A stretch of DNA of 64,000 nt from Eledone cirrhosa (lineage: Eukaryota): NCBI GenBank assembly GCA_964016885.1, contig OZ024766.1:10168001-10232000 (forward strand), read 5' to 3'. The notes beneath the pieces are model-generated. The model did not search any database. It saw only the letters and a program-made list of their open reading frames with translations, and was not told where the DNA came from. Positions 25,223-38,574 of the stretch are shown here, piece by piece; the stretch's first letter is position 1, and each line of letters begins with the position of its first letter. A program made the position numbers and the translations under genes.

Positions 25223-26764
25223 CACACACACACACACACACATATATATATGGAGGCACATGGCTTAGTGGTTAGAGCATTGGCCTTGCAATCGAAAGGT
25301 TGTGAGTTCAATTCTCAGACCGGGTGATGTGTTGTTTCCTTGAGCAAGACACTTTATTTCACATTGCTCCAGTTTACTCAGCTGTAGAAATGAGATGATA
25401 GGGACTGGGGTCCCTATCATTCCACTGCAAAGTGGTCGTGGAGGTGCCACGGTAAAAAAGCACCCTGCCCTCACTGTAAAATGGTCATGGAGGTGCCACG
25501 GCAAAAAGGCACCCAGCCCTCACTGTAAAGTGGTCATGGAGGTGCCACAGTAAAAAAGGCACCCAGCCCACACTGTAAAGTGGTCGTGGAGGTACCACAG
25601 TAAAAAAGGCACCCAGCCCACACTGTAAAGTGGTCGTGGAGGTGCCACAGTAAAAAAGGCACCCAGCCCTCACTGTAAAGTGGTCATGGAGGTGCCACAG
25701 TAAAAAAGCACCCAGCACTCACTGTAAAGTGGTCGTGGAGGCGCCACAGTAAAAAAGGCACCCAGCCCTCACTGTAAAGTGGTCGTGGAGGCGCCACAGT
25801 AAAAAAGGCACCCAGCCCTCACTGTAAAGTGGACGTGGAGGTGCCACAGTAAAAAAGCACCCAGCACTCACTGTAAATGAGGTTGGTGTTAGGAAGGGCA
25901 TCAGTTCCCGTATAAGCAAGGCAGGGTCAGCCGACCGGACACTGCCCACAGCAGGACATGTCCCACCTTTGCAAGCAGGGAAAAGCCGGACGTAAAACGG
26001 TGAATGAATATATATCCCCACCCTCAACACCTCCCACTCAATCATGTTGTCCCCACCCTCAACACCTCCCACTCAATCATGTTGTCCCCACCCTCAACAC
26101 CTTCCACTCAATCATGTTGTTGTTGTTGTTGTAACATTTCTATTTCTATTTCTCTTCAATTTACCCCCACCTTCCCTCCACTCTCCACCACCACCACCAC
26201 CACCTTGCCTTCAACCCCCACTCTCCACCACCACCACCTTGCCTTCAACCTCCACTCTCCACCACCACCACCTTGCCTTCAACCTCCACTCCCCACCACC
26301 ACCACCACCTTGCCTTCAACCTCCACTCTCCACCACCACCACCACCACCACCACCTTGCCTCAACCTCCTCTCTCCACCACCACCACCACCACCACCTTG
26401 CCTTCAACCTCCACTCTCCACCACCACCATCACTACCTTGCCTTCAACCTCCACTCTCCACCACCACCACCACCACCACCCTCAACACCACCTCCACCAC
26501 CACCTTGCCTTCAACCTCCACTCTCTACCACCACCACCACCTTGCCTTCAACCTCCACTCTCCACCACCACCACCTTGCCTTCAACCCCCACTCTCCACC
26601 ACCACCACCACCTTGCCTTCAACCCCTACTCCACCACCACCACCTTGCCTTCAACCCCTACTCTCCACCACCACAACCACCTTGCCTTCAACCCCCACCC
26701 TCCATGCCGAAATCCTCTCCTCTGCCCTGCCCTGCCCTGCCTTGCCCTGCCCTCCCCCGGACAG

Positions 26765-26906
26765 TTGGCAGCTACTGGCAGTATATCAATCCAGAACGCC
26801 ATGCAGTTTGTGCAGAACCCGCGACAGATGTGTGAAAAGGTCCACGACATGGTGAAGGAGATCACGTCCAAGATACGCTCCCTCAAGTTGGAGCTGAAGA
26901 CACGAG
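26765..26906 (+). CDS. PPIP5K: PPIP5K exon (LAATGSISIQNAMQFVQNPRQMCEKVHDMVKEITSKIRSLKLELKTR)
   Basis: Aligns to the L..SGSIS....M..I.NP...C.KV segment. gacag| acceptor and G|gtagag donor, phase 0 to 1. Confidence 0.9.
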
Positions 26907-27134
26907 GTAGAGTCTAATGCATACAAGTGTGTTTTATTTTTATTTTTATTTTTATTTTTATTTTTATTTTTATTTTTATTTTTATTTTTATTTTTATTTT
27001 TATTTTTATTTTACTCTTTTCTTATTTTACTCCTTTTACTTTACTCTTTAAACTCCTCCCAACTTATGGTATCCCCACATATATTCTTCTGTTTTGGCTT
27101 TGTCAATGCTTGTATACTATGTATTTACTCTTTA

Positions 27135-27180
27135 TGCTCTGAAGAGTCCCACTTCTAGTGTGGACGAAACACTGTTAGCA
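27135..27180 (+). ncRNA. type I hammerhead ribozyme
   Basis: tgct-CTGAAGA-gtcc cact tct agtg t ggac-GAAA-cactg-TT-agca. Confidence 0.8.
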
Positions 27181-27228
27181 ATTAAAGATATACCTATGTT
27201 CTAAGCGCTCTTTGTTGTTAATTGTACA

Positions 27229-29660
27229 AGTGTGTATACATTTTTTGGGGACACCCTGTATATATGTCGTGTTTGTGTAGTGTCACACCCCCCCCCCCCC
27301 CGAAATAAAAGAAAAATGTATACACACTTTGGATACCTGTACAGGCAAAATAAATTTATTTAGAATGCTGTTGAAGTGTGTATACATTTTTTGGGGACAC
27401 CCTGTATATATGTTGTGTTTGTGTAGTGTCACCCCCCTCCAAAAAAAAAGAAAAATGTATACACACTTTGATTACCTGTAGAAGCAAAATAAATTTATTT
27501 AGAATGCTGTTGAAGTGTGTATACATTTTTTGGGGACACCCCCTTTATATATATATGTCGTGTCACCCTCCCCACCGCCCCTAAAAAAAAAGAAAAATGT
27601 ATACACACTTTGATTGGCTGTACAGGCAAAATAAATTTATTTAGAATGCTGTTGAAGTGTGTATACATTTTTTGGGGACACCCTGTATATATGTCGTGTT
27701 TGTGTAGTGTCCCCCCCCCCCCCCTTCCCCAAAAAAATGTATACACACTTTGATTACCTGTACAAGCAAAATAAATTTATTTAGAATGCTGTTGAAGTGT
27801 GTATACATTTTTTGGGGACACCCTGTATATATGTCGTGTTTGTGTAGTGCCGCCCCCCCCCTCCCCAAATAAAAGAAAAATGTATACACACTTTGATTAC
27901 CTGTACAAGCAAAATAAATTTATTTAGAATGCTGTTGAAGTGTGTATACATTTTTTGGGGACACCCTGTATATATGTCGTGTTTGTGTAGTGTCACCCCC
28001 CCCCCCCAAAAAAAATGTATACACACTTTGATTACCTGTACAAGCAAAATAAATTTATATAGAATGCTGTTGAAGTGTGTATACATTTTTTGGGGACACC
28101 CTGTATATATGTCGTGTTTGTGTAGTGTCACCCCCCCCCCCCCCCCAAAGAAAAATGTATACACACTTTGATTACCTGTACAAGCAAAATAAATTTATTT
28201 AGAATGCTGTTGAAGTGTGTATACATTTTTTGGGGACACCCTGTATATATGTCGTGTTTGTGTAGTGTCAGCCCCCCCCCCTCCCCAAATAAAAGAAAAA
28301 TGTATACACACTTTGATTACCTGTACAGGCAAAATAAATTTATTTAGAATGCTGTTGAAGTGTGTATACATTTTTTGGGGACACCCTGTACATATGTCGT
28401 GTTTGTGTAGTGTCCCCCCCCCCCTTCCCCCAAAAAATGTATACACACTTTGATTACCTGTACAAGCAAAATAAATTTATTTAGAATGCTGTTGAAGTGT
28501 GTATACATTTTTTGGGGACACCCTGTATATATGTCGTGTTTGTGTAGTGTCATCCCCGACCCCCACCCCCCCAAAAAGAAAAATGTATACACACTTTGAT
28601 TACCTGTACAAGCAAAATAAATTTATTTAGAATGCTGTTGAAGTGTGTATACATTTTTTGGGGACACCCTGTATATATGTCGTGTTTGTGTAGTGTCATC
28701 CCCGACCCCCACCCCCCCAAAAAGAAAAATGTATACACACTTTGATTACCTGTACAGGCAAAATAAATTTATTTAGAATGCTGTTGAAGTGTGTATACAT
28801 TTTTTGGGGACACCCTGTACATATGTCGTGTTTGTGTAGTGTCCCCCCCCCCTTCCCCCAAAAAATGTATACACACTTTGATTACCTGTACAAGCAAAAT
28901 AAATTTATTTAGAATGCTGTTGAAGTGTGTATACATTTTTTGGGGACACCCTGTATATATGTCGTGTTTGTGTAGTGTCATCCCCGACCCCCACCCCCCC
29001 AAAAAGAAAAATGTATACACACTTTGATTACCTGTACAGGCAAAATAAATTTATTTAGAATGCTGTTGAAGTGTGTATACATTTTTTGGGGACACCCTGT
29101 ATATATGTCGTGTTTGTGTAGTGTCCCCCCCCCCTTCCCCAAAAAAATGTATACACACTTTGATTGGCTGTACAGGCAAAATAAATTTATTTAGAATGCT
29201 GTTGAAGTGTGTATACATTTTTTGGGGACACCCTGTATATATTTCGTGTTTGTTTAGTGTCACCCCCCCCCCCCCCCCAAAGAAAAATGTATACACACTT
29301 TGATTACCTGTACAAGCAAAATAAATTTATTTAGAATGCTGTTGAAGTGTGTATACATTTTTTGGGGACACCCTGTATATATGTCGTGTTTGTGTAGTGT
29401 CACCCCCCCCCCCCCCCCAAAGAAAAATGTATACACACTTTGATTACCTGTACAAGCAAAATAAATTTATTTAGAATGCTGTTGAAGTGTGTATACATTT
29501 TTTGGGGACACCCTGTATATATGTCGTGTTTGTGTAGTGTCACCCCCCCCCCCCCCCAAAGAAAAATGTATACACACTTTGATTACCTGTACAGGCAAAA
29601 TAAATTTATATAGAATGCTGTTGAAGTGTGTATACATTTTTTGGGGACACCCTGTATATA
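27229..29660. repeat. ~142-bp tandem array of a Tc1/mariner-type MITE, about 17-18 copies
   Basis: Each unit has ccccaaaaaatgtatacacac...gtgtgtatacattttttggggacaccctgTA. Confidence 0.92.
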
Positions 29661-29789
29661 TGTATATAAATGTATATCGTTACCCCCTCCAAGATGCGAT
29701 CTGGAACTGAAGACACAAGGGGTAAAATATATGTTGCTGTTGTTGTTGTTGTTGTTGTTGTAACCACACTATCATCGTTACCACCTTTT

Positions 29790-30660
29790 ATCCTTACAGG
29801 GTTGATAAAATAAAGTACCAGTAATTCACTGGGGTAATTGCTGGCCTTGTGCCAAAAGTAGGAACAATTATTTATTACTGGGGTGGTAAAATAAAGTACC
29901 AGTAATACACTGGGGTAATTGCTGGCCTTGTGCCAAAAGTAGAAACATTTATTACAGGGTTGATAAAATAAAGTACCAGTAATACACTGGGGTAATTGCT
30001 GGCCTTGTGCCAAAAGTAGAAACAATTATTACGGGGTCGATAAAATAAAGTACCAGTAATACACTGGGGTAATTGCTGGCCTTGTGCCAATAGTAGAAAC
30101 AATTATTACAGGGTTGATAAAATAAAGTACCAGTAATACACTGGGGTAATTGCTGGCCTTGTGCCAAAAGTAGAAACAATTATTTATTATTGGGGTCGAT
30201 AAAATAAAGTACCAGTAATACACTGGGGGAAATTGCTGGCCTTGTGCCAAAAGTAGAAACAATTGTTACAGGGTTGATAAAATAAAGTACCAGTAATACA
30301 CTGGGGTAATTGCTGGCCTTGTGCCAAAAGTAGAAACATTTATTACAGGGTTGATAAAATAAAGTACCAGTAATACACTGGGGTAATTGCTGGCCTTGTG
30401 CCTAAAGTAGAAACAGTTATTACGGGGTTGATAAAATAAAGTACCAGTAATACACTGGGGTAATTGCTGGCCTTGTGCCAAAAGTAGAAACAATTGTTAC
30501 AGGGTTGATAAAATAAAGTACCAGTAATACACTGGGGTAATTGCTGGCCTTGTGCCAAAAGTAGAAACAATTATTTATTATTGGGGTCGATAAAATAAAG
30601 TACCAGTAATACGCTGGCTGGGGAAATTGCTGGCCTTGTGCCTGTAGTAGAAACAATCAT
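29790..30660. repeat. ~77-bp tandem array derived from the MetaSINE 3' half, about 11 copies
   Basis: The unit matches 11635-11703. Confidence 0.92.
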
Positions 30661-30726
30661 TATTATTGTCATCACAATTCGTATTGCTGATGTTGATGTT
30701 GTTGTTGTTGTTGTCTCATCCACCAG

Positions 30727-30953
30727 AACTGAAGCTGTATCACGGGGAATCATGGGAGTTGTTGATACGACGCTGGGCAAAGCTGGAGAAGGATTTTAAG
30801 ACAAAACAGGGCCTGTTTGACGTCAGCAAGATTCCCGACATCTACGATTGTATCAAGTATGATCTCCAGCATAATCAACACACCCTGCAATACGAGAGGG
30901 CAGAGGAGCTGTTTAACTGCTCTAAAGCCCTTGCCGATATCGTTATACCCCAG
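30727..30953 (+). CDS. PPIP5K: PPIP5K exon ([25 protein letters not shown]...[17 protein letters not shown]...[11 protein letters not shown])
   Basis: Highly conserved PPIP5K motifs. accag| acceptor and CAG|gtaagt donor, phase 1 to 0. Confidence 0.98.
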
Positions 30954-31093
30954 GTAAGTTCGTAGGTACCTATTAGGTTGTCTCACATGAAATGTCGTAT
31001 TTGAAATGGAAAGAATAAAATTGTTTTTTTTTTAAGTGTTTAATTTATTCAAAATATGATCCTTCTTTACATATGACCTTCGCCCAACTAAGG

Positions 31094-33616
31094 CACAGGT
31101 TCTCAACCCATTTAGGCCAAACGCCCCCTTTTGTCCCTCGAAACGCCCCCCCCCCTCCTCCCCCCTATTTTTCCATTTTTCAATATACTATTGATTTTTA
31201 TATCAGTAGAGTACTAAAAGATTGATTAACAATATTCCAAAGTGTGTGTATTATCTGATTATGTGTTGTATGTGGTCTTAGATGTGTGTATTATCTGATT
31301 ATGTGTTGTATGTGGTCCTAGATGTGTGTATTATCTGATTATGTGTTGTATGTGGTCCTAGATGTGTGTATTATCTGATTATGTGTTGTATGTGGTCCTA
31401 GATGTGTGTATTATCTGATTATGTGTTGTATGTGGTCCTAGATGTGTGTATTACCTGATTATGTGTTGTATGTGGTCCTAGATGTGTGTATTATCTGATT
31501 ATGTGTTGTATGTGGTCCTAGATGTGTGTATTATCTGATTATGTGTTGTATGTGGTCCTAGATGTGTGTATTACCTGATTATGTGTTGTATGTGGTCCTA
31601 GATGTGTGTATTATCTGATTATGTGTTGTATGTGGTCCTAGATGTGTGTATTATCTGATTATGTGTTGTATGTGGTCCTAGATGTGTGTATTACCTGATT
31701 ATGTGTTGTATGTGGTCCTAGATGTGTGTATTATCTGATTATGTGTTGTATGTGGTCCTAGATGTGTGTATTATCTGATTATGTGTTGTATGTGGTCCTA
31801 GATGTGTGTATTATCTGATTATGTGTTGTATGTGGTCCTAGATGTGTGTATTATCTGATTATGTGTAGTATGTGGTCCTAGATGTGTGTGCTATCTGATT
31901 ATGTGTTGTATGTGGTCCTAGATGTGTGTATTATCTGATTATGTGTTGTATGTGGTCCTAGATGTGTGTATTATCTGATTATGTGCTGTATGTGGTCCTA
32001 GATGTGTGTATTATCTGATTATGTGTTGTATGTGGTCCTAGATGTGTGTATTATCTGATTATGTGTTGTATGTGGTCCTAGATGTGTGTGCTATCTGATT
32101 ATGTGTAGTATGTGGTCCTAGATGTGTGTATTATCTGATTATGTGTTGTATGTGGTCCTAGATGTGTGTATTATCTGATTATGTGTTGTATGTGGTCCTA
32201 GATGTGTGTATTACCTGATTATGTGTTGTATGTGGTCCTAGATGTGTGTGCTATCTGATTATGTGTTGTATGTGGTCCTAGATGTGTGTATTACCTGATT
32301 ATGTGTTGTATGTGGTCCTAGATGTGTGTATTATCTGATTATGTGTTGTATGTGGTCCTAGATGTGTGTATTATCTGATTATGTGTTGTATGTGGTCCTA
32401 GATGTGTGTGCTATCTGATTATGTGTAGTATGTGGTCCTAGATGTGTGTATTATCTGATTATGTGTTGTATGTGGTCCTAGATGTGTGTATTATCTGATT
32501 ATGTGTTGTATGTGGTCCTAGATGTGTGTATTACCTGATTATGTGTTGTATGTGGTCCTAGATGTGTGTGCTATCTGATTATGTGTTGTATGTGGTCCTA
32601 GATGTGTGTATTACCTGATTATGTGTTGTATGTGGTCCTAGATGTGTGTATTATCTGATTATGTGTTGTATGTGGTCCTAGATGTGTGTATTATCTGATT
32701 ATGTGTTGTATGTGGTCCTAGATGTGTGTGCTATCTGATTATGTGTAGTATGTGGTCCTAGATGTGTGTATTATCTGATTATGTGTTGTATGTGGTCCTA
32801 GATGTGTGTATTATCTGATTATGTGTTGTATGTGGTCCTAGATGTGTGTATTACCTGATTATGTGTTGTATGTGGTCCTAGATGTGTGTGCTATCTGATT
32901 ATGTGTTGTATGTGGTCCTAGATGTGTGTATTACCTGATTATGTGTTGTATGTGGTCCTAGATGTGTGTATTATCTGATTATGTGTTGTATGTGGTCCTA
33001 GATGTGTGCTACTCGCTTCTGTTTTTTCTTTTCTTTTTTTTTTATTTGTAATATTATTTATACAATAGGGAATAAAATAGATCTACATAGTGTTAACTCG
33101 TTGCGGCTGAGTCAATAATTTCAGACAGGAAATACATTGTTAACGGTGAAGGAAAGATAAGATTCTAACTAAGCTGCACTCAAAGTGTCCTTGACCCAGT
33201 TGACTGTGGGGTTTTCCATTTTTAGGATCTCAATTACCGGTTAACGGCTCAATTACCGGACATGCCTGCACAGCTGTTCACAGCTGCGGTCAGACTACAC
33301 TTATGCTGTCTGCAAGCTCATTCAAATACATTCCCGCTGGCTATCTCAAAGGCATACAAATATGGCTTATAAAACTTACCAAAATAAAGAGCCTTCCAGC
33401 ACCCCCCCCCCCCCCCCCCAGCTCCAAACGCCCCCCCTAACGCGACCTTGCTCCCAAACGCCCCCCCTAACGCGACCTTGCTCCCAAACGCCCCCCCTAA
33501 CGCGACCTTGCTCCCAAACGCCCCCCCTAACGCGACCTTGCTCCCAAACGCCCCCCCCCCCCTGGAGTTCCGAAACGCCCCCCAGGGGTGCATATGCCCC
33601 CCGTTCAGAACCTTTG
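31094..33616. mobile_element. non-autonomous hAT (Charlie-like) element nested in the mariner
   Basis: TIRs cacaggttctcaac / gttcagaacctttg, imperfect 8-bp TSD aactaagg/ctctaagg, subterminal aacgccccc repeats. Confidence 0.7.
31243..33008. repeat. 40-bp satellite, about 44 copies, inside the hAT-like element
   Basis: gatgtgtgtattatctgattatgtgttgtatgtggtccta. Confidence 0.97.
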
Positions 33617-34600
33617 CTCTAAGGCATATATTCCATCTTCAAAGAATTTATCATCTTTTGCACTGATAAACTGTCCGAATGCTTCAATTACCTCTTCTCT
33701 ATTTAAGAACATTTTATTGCGTATAAAAAGCTCAAAATGCTTAAATAAGTGATAATCAGTGAGAGAGATATCAGGTGAATAGGGAGGATGTTGCAAAATT
33801 TCATAATTCATACTTTGCAACTTGTGGACCGTAGCTTGAGAGGTGTGAGGCCGTGCCTTATCGGGAAGCAAAATTGGGCCATCTCTATTCACTAGTCTGG
33901 GATGCTCCTTCTTCAATATTTCATGTATACGATCAATTTCCTGACAATATGATGTTGCTGTTACAGTATTGCCTTGTTGCAAAGATGAATAATGAATAAT
34001 CCCCTTTGCAGACCACCATACAGTGACCATCAACTTCTTAGGGTGCAATGGTGGTTTCCGGTAGTGTTTTTGGTGATTCTTCTGCATCTAACCCCTGTCC
34101 AGTCCTTCTGCTGTTATCGAAGAGTATCCATTTCTCATCATACGTAATGAGTCGATGTAAAAATGGATCTCTTTCGAGCCGAGAAACCAACATTGAGCAC
34201 ACTGTAAGGCGCCTGTTTCTTTGAATCTCATTAAGTTGATGTGGAACAGACCTGTCCATCTTTTTGACTTTTCCAATTTTCTTTAGGTGCCGAGAAACAG
34301 TTGAGTGAGATGTCTGGAGCTCAGATGAGATTTTTCGAACCATTGTTCTCGGATTTTGTTTAACCAAAGCATTCAATTCACCATGGCGAATTACTGATAT
34401 GGGTCTCCCTCTCAGTTCATTTTTAAGGCTCTCATTTCCTGAACAAAATCTTTGAAACCATCTCTGGACAGTTCTGGTGTCAACAGAATCGTTACCAAAA
34501 GCTTGCTTAATGTTTCGTAGGGCTTCTGAGGCAGAGTGACCCAGCTTGTATTCGTACAAGAAAAACACTCACTATTGTTCAGTTGTCAACATTGTCATAG
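33617..34600 (-). pseudogene. mariner transposase pseudogene
   Basis: HTH domain, SVPHQL (WVPHEL), TYDEKW, LLPDKARPH and HPPYSPDISLTDYHLF motifs. Frameshift near 34088 and degenerate motifs. Confidence 0.92.
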
Positions 34601-35426
34601 GATTGTGGGTAGCCATTTTGAATGGTAATATTGTCTGGGATAAAAGATAGTTAAGATTAAACACAAGCATACACATAATTGAGCTTATAAATGGCTGATA
34701 AAGAAACTTATTGAGCTTATAAATGGCTGATAAAGAAACTTATTAAGAATACAACATTTCAGGTGAGACAACCTAATAGCTATATTTGTGAGGGTATGTA
34801 GCTGTAAGAGATGTCAACATGAATGGACTTGTTATTTTTATCTAAAGACATTTTTTATGCATATATATTTTTTATACATATATATATGTAGGTATCATCA
34901 TCATCATCATCATCAACGTTTAACGTCCGTGTTCCACGCTTGCATGGGTTTGGACGGGGGTAGTCCCACTTGAGGCAAGAGTGATTGTCTTGCTCGCATA
35001 GGACTGTCTGGCAGGTTTTCTACAGTTGGATGCCCTTCCTAACACCAACCACATTTACAGTGTGGGTCTGGGAGGTTTTTACCGTGTTGCCTACACGGCC
35101 ACATTACAGCGTGGACTGTGTGTTTTTTTGTCGTGACACCTACACGATCTCATTTGTTTCGGCCTCGATGGCGCGGCACCAACATAACTTTACATAGAAC
35201 GGGGTGGTGTGGATCGGGTGGGGGTGGTGGGACGGGGTGTATTTTGTTAGAGATGCCTACTGGCTGGAGTAGGTTTTACTATATATTTAGGTAAGGCGGG
35301 TCTTCTCTGTTACTGAGTACCGCCAAAGGTCTCGGTCCAGTGACATTGTCTTGGAGAGGTGTAAGTGTGTGATGTCGGAGTTTATCAGCTCGTCCCAGGT
35401 TTTTCTAGGTCTGCCTATTCCGTATG

Positions 35427-35468
<42 letters not shown>

Positions 35469-35573
35469 GGTATGTATGTATATATATATATATATATATG
35501 TATGTGTATACATATATATATATGTATGTGTATATATATATGTATATATATGTATGTATGTATATATATATAT

Positions 35574-36842
35574 ACTAGCAAATGACCCCCGTCCATTGGA
35601 CGGTGTCAGTTCTTGGTAGGGCTGCAATGTTAATGGTCAATTTCCGTGTTGTATGTTTAACTTGGAGGATAATTTTACCTGATCAACTCTTTCAATAAAA
35701 CAAAATGAGACGGTATTCAAAAAGAGCAAGTTTTATTTACAGATATGTGTCATTAAAATGTGAACATAGAGAAATGTATCGTTAGCCGTGTCGGTTGAAC
35801 AATGTGTATTTTAAAACGTCCATCATGTACACACACACACACAAACACATACACACACAAACATACACACACATACACACAAACACACACACATACACAC
35901 ACACACATACGCACACAATCTCAAGACGTGACGTTGTGGAAGGGGGAGAGTTAATGACACACGACCGTGACTTCTGGCGTCACGCAGTAATACAGGGTAC
36001 CCGACCTCCCATGGGTACATGCTGAAGCATATAAACAATATGCCCCCCCCCCCCCCCCCGCAAGGTGGTCGTGGAGGTGCCACGGCAAAAAAGCACCCAG
36101 CCCACACTGTAAAGTGGACGTGTAGGCGCCACGAAAAAGCACCCAGCACTCACTGTAAATGAGGTTGGTGTTAGGAAGGGCATCCAGCTGTAGAAATCAA
36201 GCCAGATCAGTTCCTGTATGAGCAAGGCATGGTCAGCCGACCAGACACTGCCCACAACAGGACAACCCGTCTAACCCATGCTAGCGTGGAAGAACGGACG
36301 TAAAACGGTGATGATGATGATGATGATGAATAAATAAGTTAAAATTATAAACGCTGTATTTATCATATTCGCGTCACACACACTCCTCTCTTTCTTTATT
36401 TTACTCTCTCTCTCTCTCTCTCTCACTCCTCTCTTTCTATCTCCCTCTCACACATCCTTCTCTCTCTGGCCGTTATGGAAATTACACACACACACACACA
36501 TGCACGCACACATACACACACAAACACATACACACACATATACACACGCACATACACATACCATCCCATAACGTCGTGTTGTGGAAGGGGGACAGTTAAG
36601 AAGTGTGTAAAAGGAACGCTCTCTCTCTTTAATGGCCGTCATGGAATTTGTTAGTGCAAAAGTCTATAAGATTATAAAATCGAAGTTTGTGACTTCGAAA
36701 TTAATCATTATGAAATAATTTGTTCTTGATGTTACAGACCGTAGCCTATTTTGGCTATGTGTTTAATTTCACAGAGATGGATGGAATATTTTCCAAGTGA
36801 AACTCTTTTACACACACACACAGAATGGGAATTATATATAAG

Positions 36843-36845
<3 letters not shown>
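35574..36845 (+). mobile_element. helentron-associated non-autonomous (HINE/Lep1-like) element with nested SINE/LINE pieces; a related 3' end at 46720-46885
   Basis: Starts tACTAGCA..cccgtc..gacgg, has an internal microsatellite, ends (CA)n..attatatataagat. The 46.8 kb copy has caagtttcatccagatcg...(acag)n..tatagat. Confidence 0.5.
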
Positions 36846-36879
<34 letters not shown>

Positions 36880-36881
36880 AT

Positions 36882-36913
<32 letters not shown>

Positions 36914-36921
36914 ATATATAT

Positions 36922-37067
<146 letters not shown>

Positions 37068-37068
37068 A

Positions 37069-37207
<139 letters not shown>

Positions 37208-37280
37208 GTAGGTCCCTGGTTGAGTCGGGGATAATTTCATCTGAATGAAACAGTACTAGTCATGTAGAAGCTCCTTCTAT

Positions 37281-37315
<35 letters not shown>

Positions 37316-37403
37316 GTGTCTAAGGGAGACCCCTCTACAGGAGTCCCGTTATATGACTAAATATCTGCCTGTTACCCTCATGTATATCATATCTGTCTTA
37401 CAG

Positions 37404-37537
37404 GAGTATGGCATTACGATGGAGGAAAAGCTCCAGATTGGCCAGAGTTTGTGTACCCCACTTCTCAGGAAGATTCAGAGCGACCTTCAGCAATGCCTTA
37501 ACTTCGGTCAGGAGGAGACGACTCGCTTGGATTCTCG
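37404..37537 (+). CDS. PPIP5K: PPIP5K exon (EYGITMEEKLQIGQSLCTPLLRKIQSDLQQCLNFGQEETTRLDSR)
   Basis: EYGIT..EKL.I....CTPL.RKI.SDLQ motif. tacag| acceptor and CG|gtaagt donor, phase 0 to 2. Confidence 0.96.
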
Positions 37538-38574
37538 GTAAGTAAGTTCAAATCGTAAGGGACCAGATTCACAATAGTGAATCTGGTCCCTTATGATTTG
37601 AACACATATATGTAAATATCTGTGTTTATCTCTCTGTTATATTCAATTCATCATCGTTTAACGTCCATGTTCCACGCTTGCATGGGTTTGGACGGGAGTT
37701 TTCCCACTTGAGGCAAGAGTGGTTGTCTTGCTCGCATAGGACTGTCTGGCGGGTTTTCTACGGCTGGAGGCCCTTCCTAACACCAACCACATTTACAGTG
37801 TGGGGCTGGGGGGTTTTTACTGTGTTGCCTACACGGCCACATTACAGCGTGGACTGTCTGGCGTATTTTCTACAGCTGGATGCCCTTTCTAACACCAACC
37901 ACATTTACAGTGTGGGGCTGGGAGGTTTTTACCGTGTTACCTACACGGCCACATTACAGCGTGGACTGTGTGTTTTTTGTCGTGACACCTACACGATCTC
38001 ATTTGTTTCGGCCTGGATGTTGTGGCACCAACATAACTTTACATTGAAGGGGGCGGTGTGGATAGGGTGGGACGGGGGTGTATTTTGTTAGAGATGCCTA
38101 CTGACTGTAGTAGGTTTTACTTTGTATTTAGGTAATGCGGGTCTTCTCTATTACTGAGTACCACCAAAGGTCTCGGTCCAGTGACATTGTCTTGGAGAGG
38201 TGTAAGTGTGTGAGGTCGGAATTTATCAGCTCTTCCCAGGTTTCACCACCCTCACCCCATCCACACCACCCCGTTCTATGTAAAGTTATGTTGGTGCCGC
38301 GCCATCCAGGCCGAAACAAATGAGATCGTGTAGGTGTCACGACAAAAAAACACACAGTCCACGCTGTAATGTGGCCGTGTAGGCAACACGGTAAAAACCT
38401 CCCAGACCCACACCTTAAATGTGGTTGGTGTTAGGAAGGGCATCCAACTGTAGAAAACCCGCCAGACAGTCCTATGCGAGCAAGACAATCACTCTTGCCT
38501 CAAGTGGGACTACCCCCGTCCAAACCCATGCAAGCGTGGAACACGGACGTTAAACGTTGATGATGATGATATAT

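Larger units (their letters stand above)
30973..34776 (-). mobile_element. full-length but defective mariner (DD34D) transposon, split by a nested insertion
   Basis: 29-bp TIRs ttaggttgtctcac[a/c]tgaaatg..., TA target duplication. The transposase C-terminus (WAKVICKEGSYFE*) is at about 31043-31085. Confidence 0.92.

Noticed and set aside
27229-29660. CRISPR-like repeat/spacer appearance
   Set aside because: The spacers are the same sequence apart from poly-C length, there are no cas genes, and the context is a eukaryotic intron.
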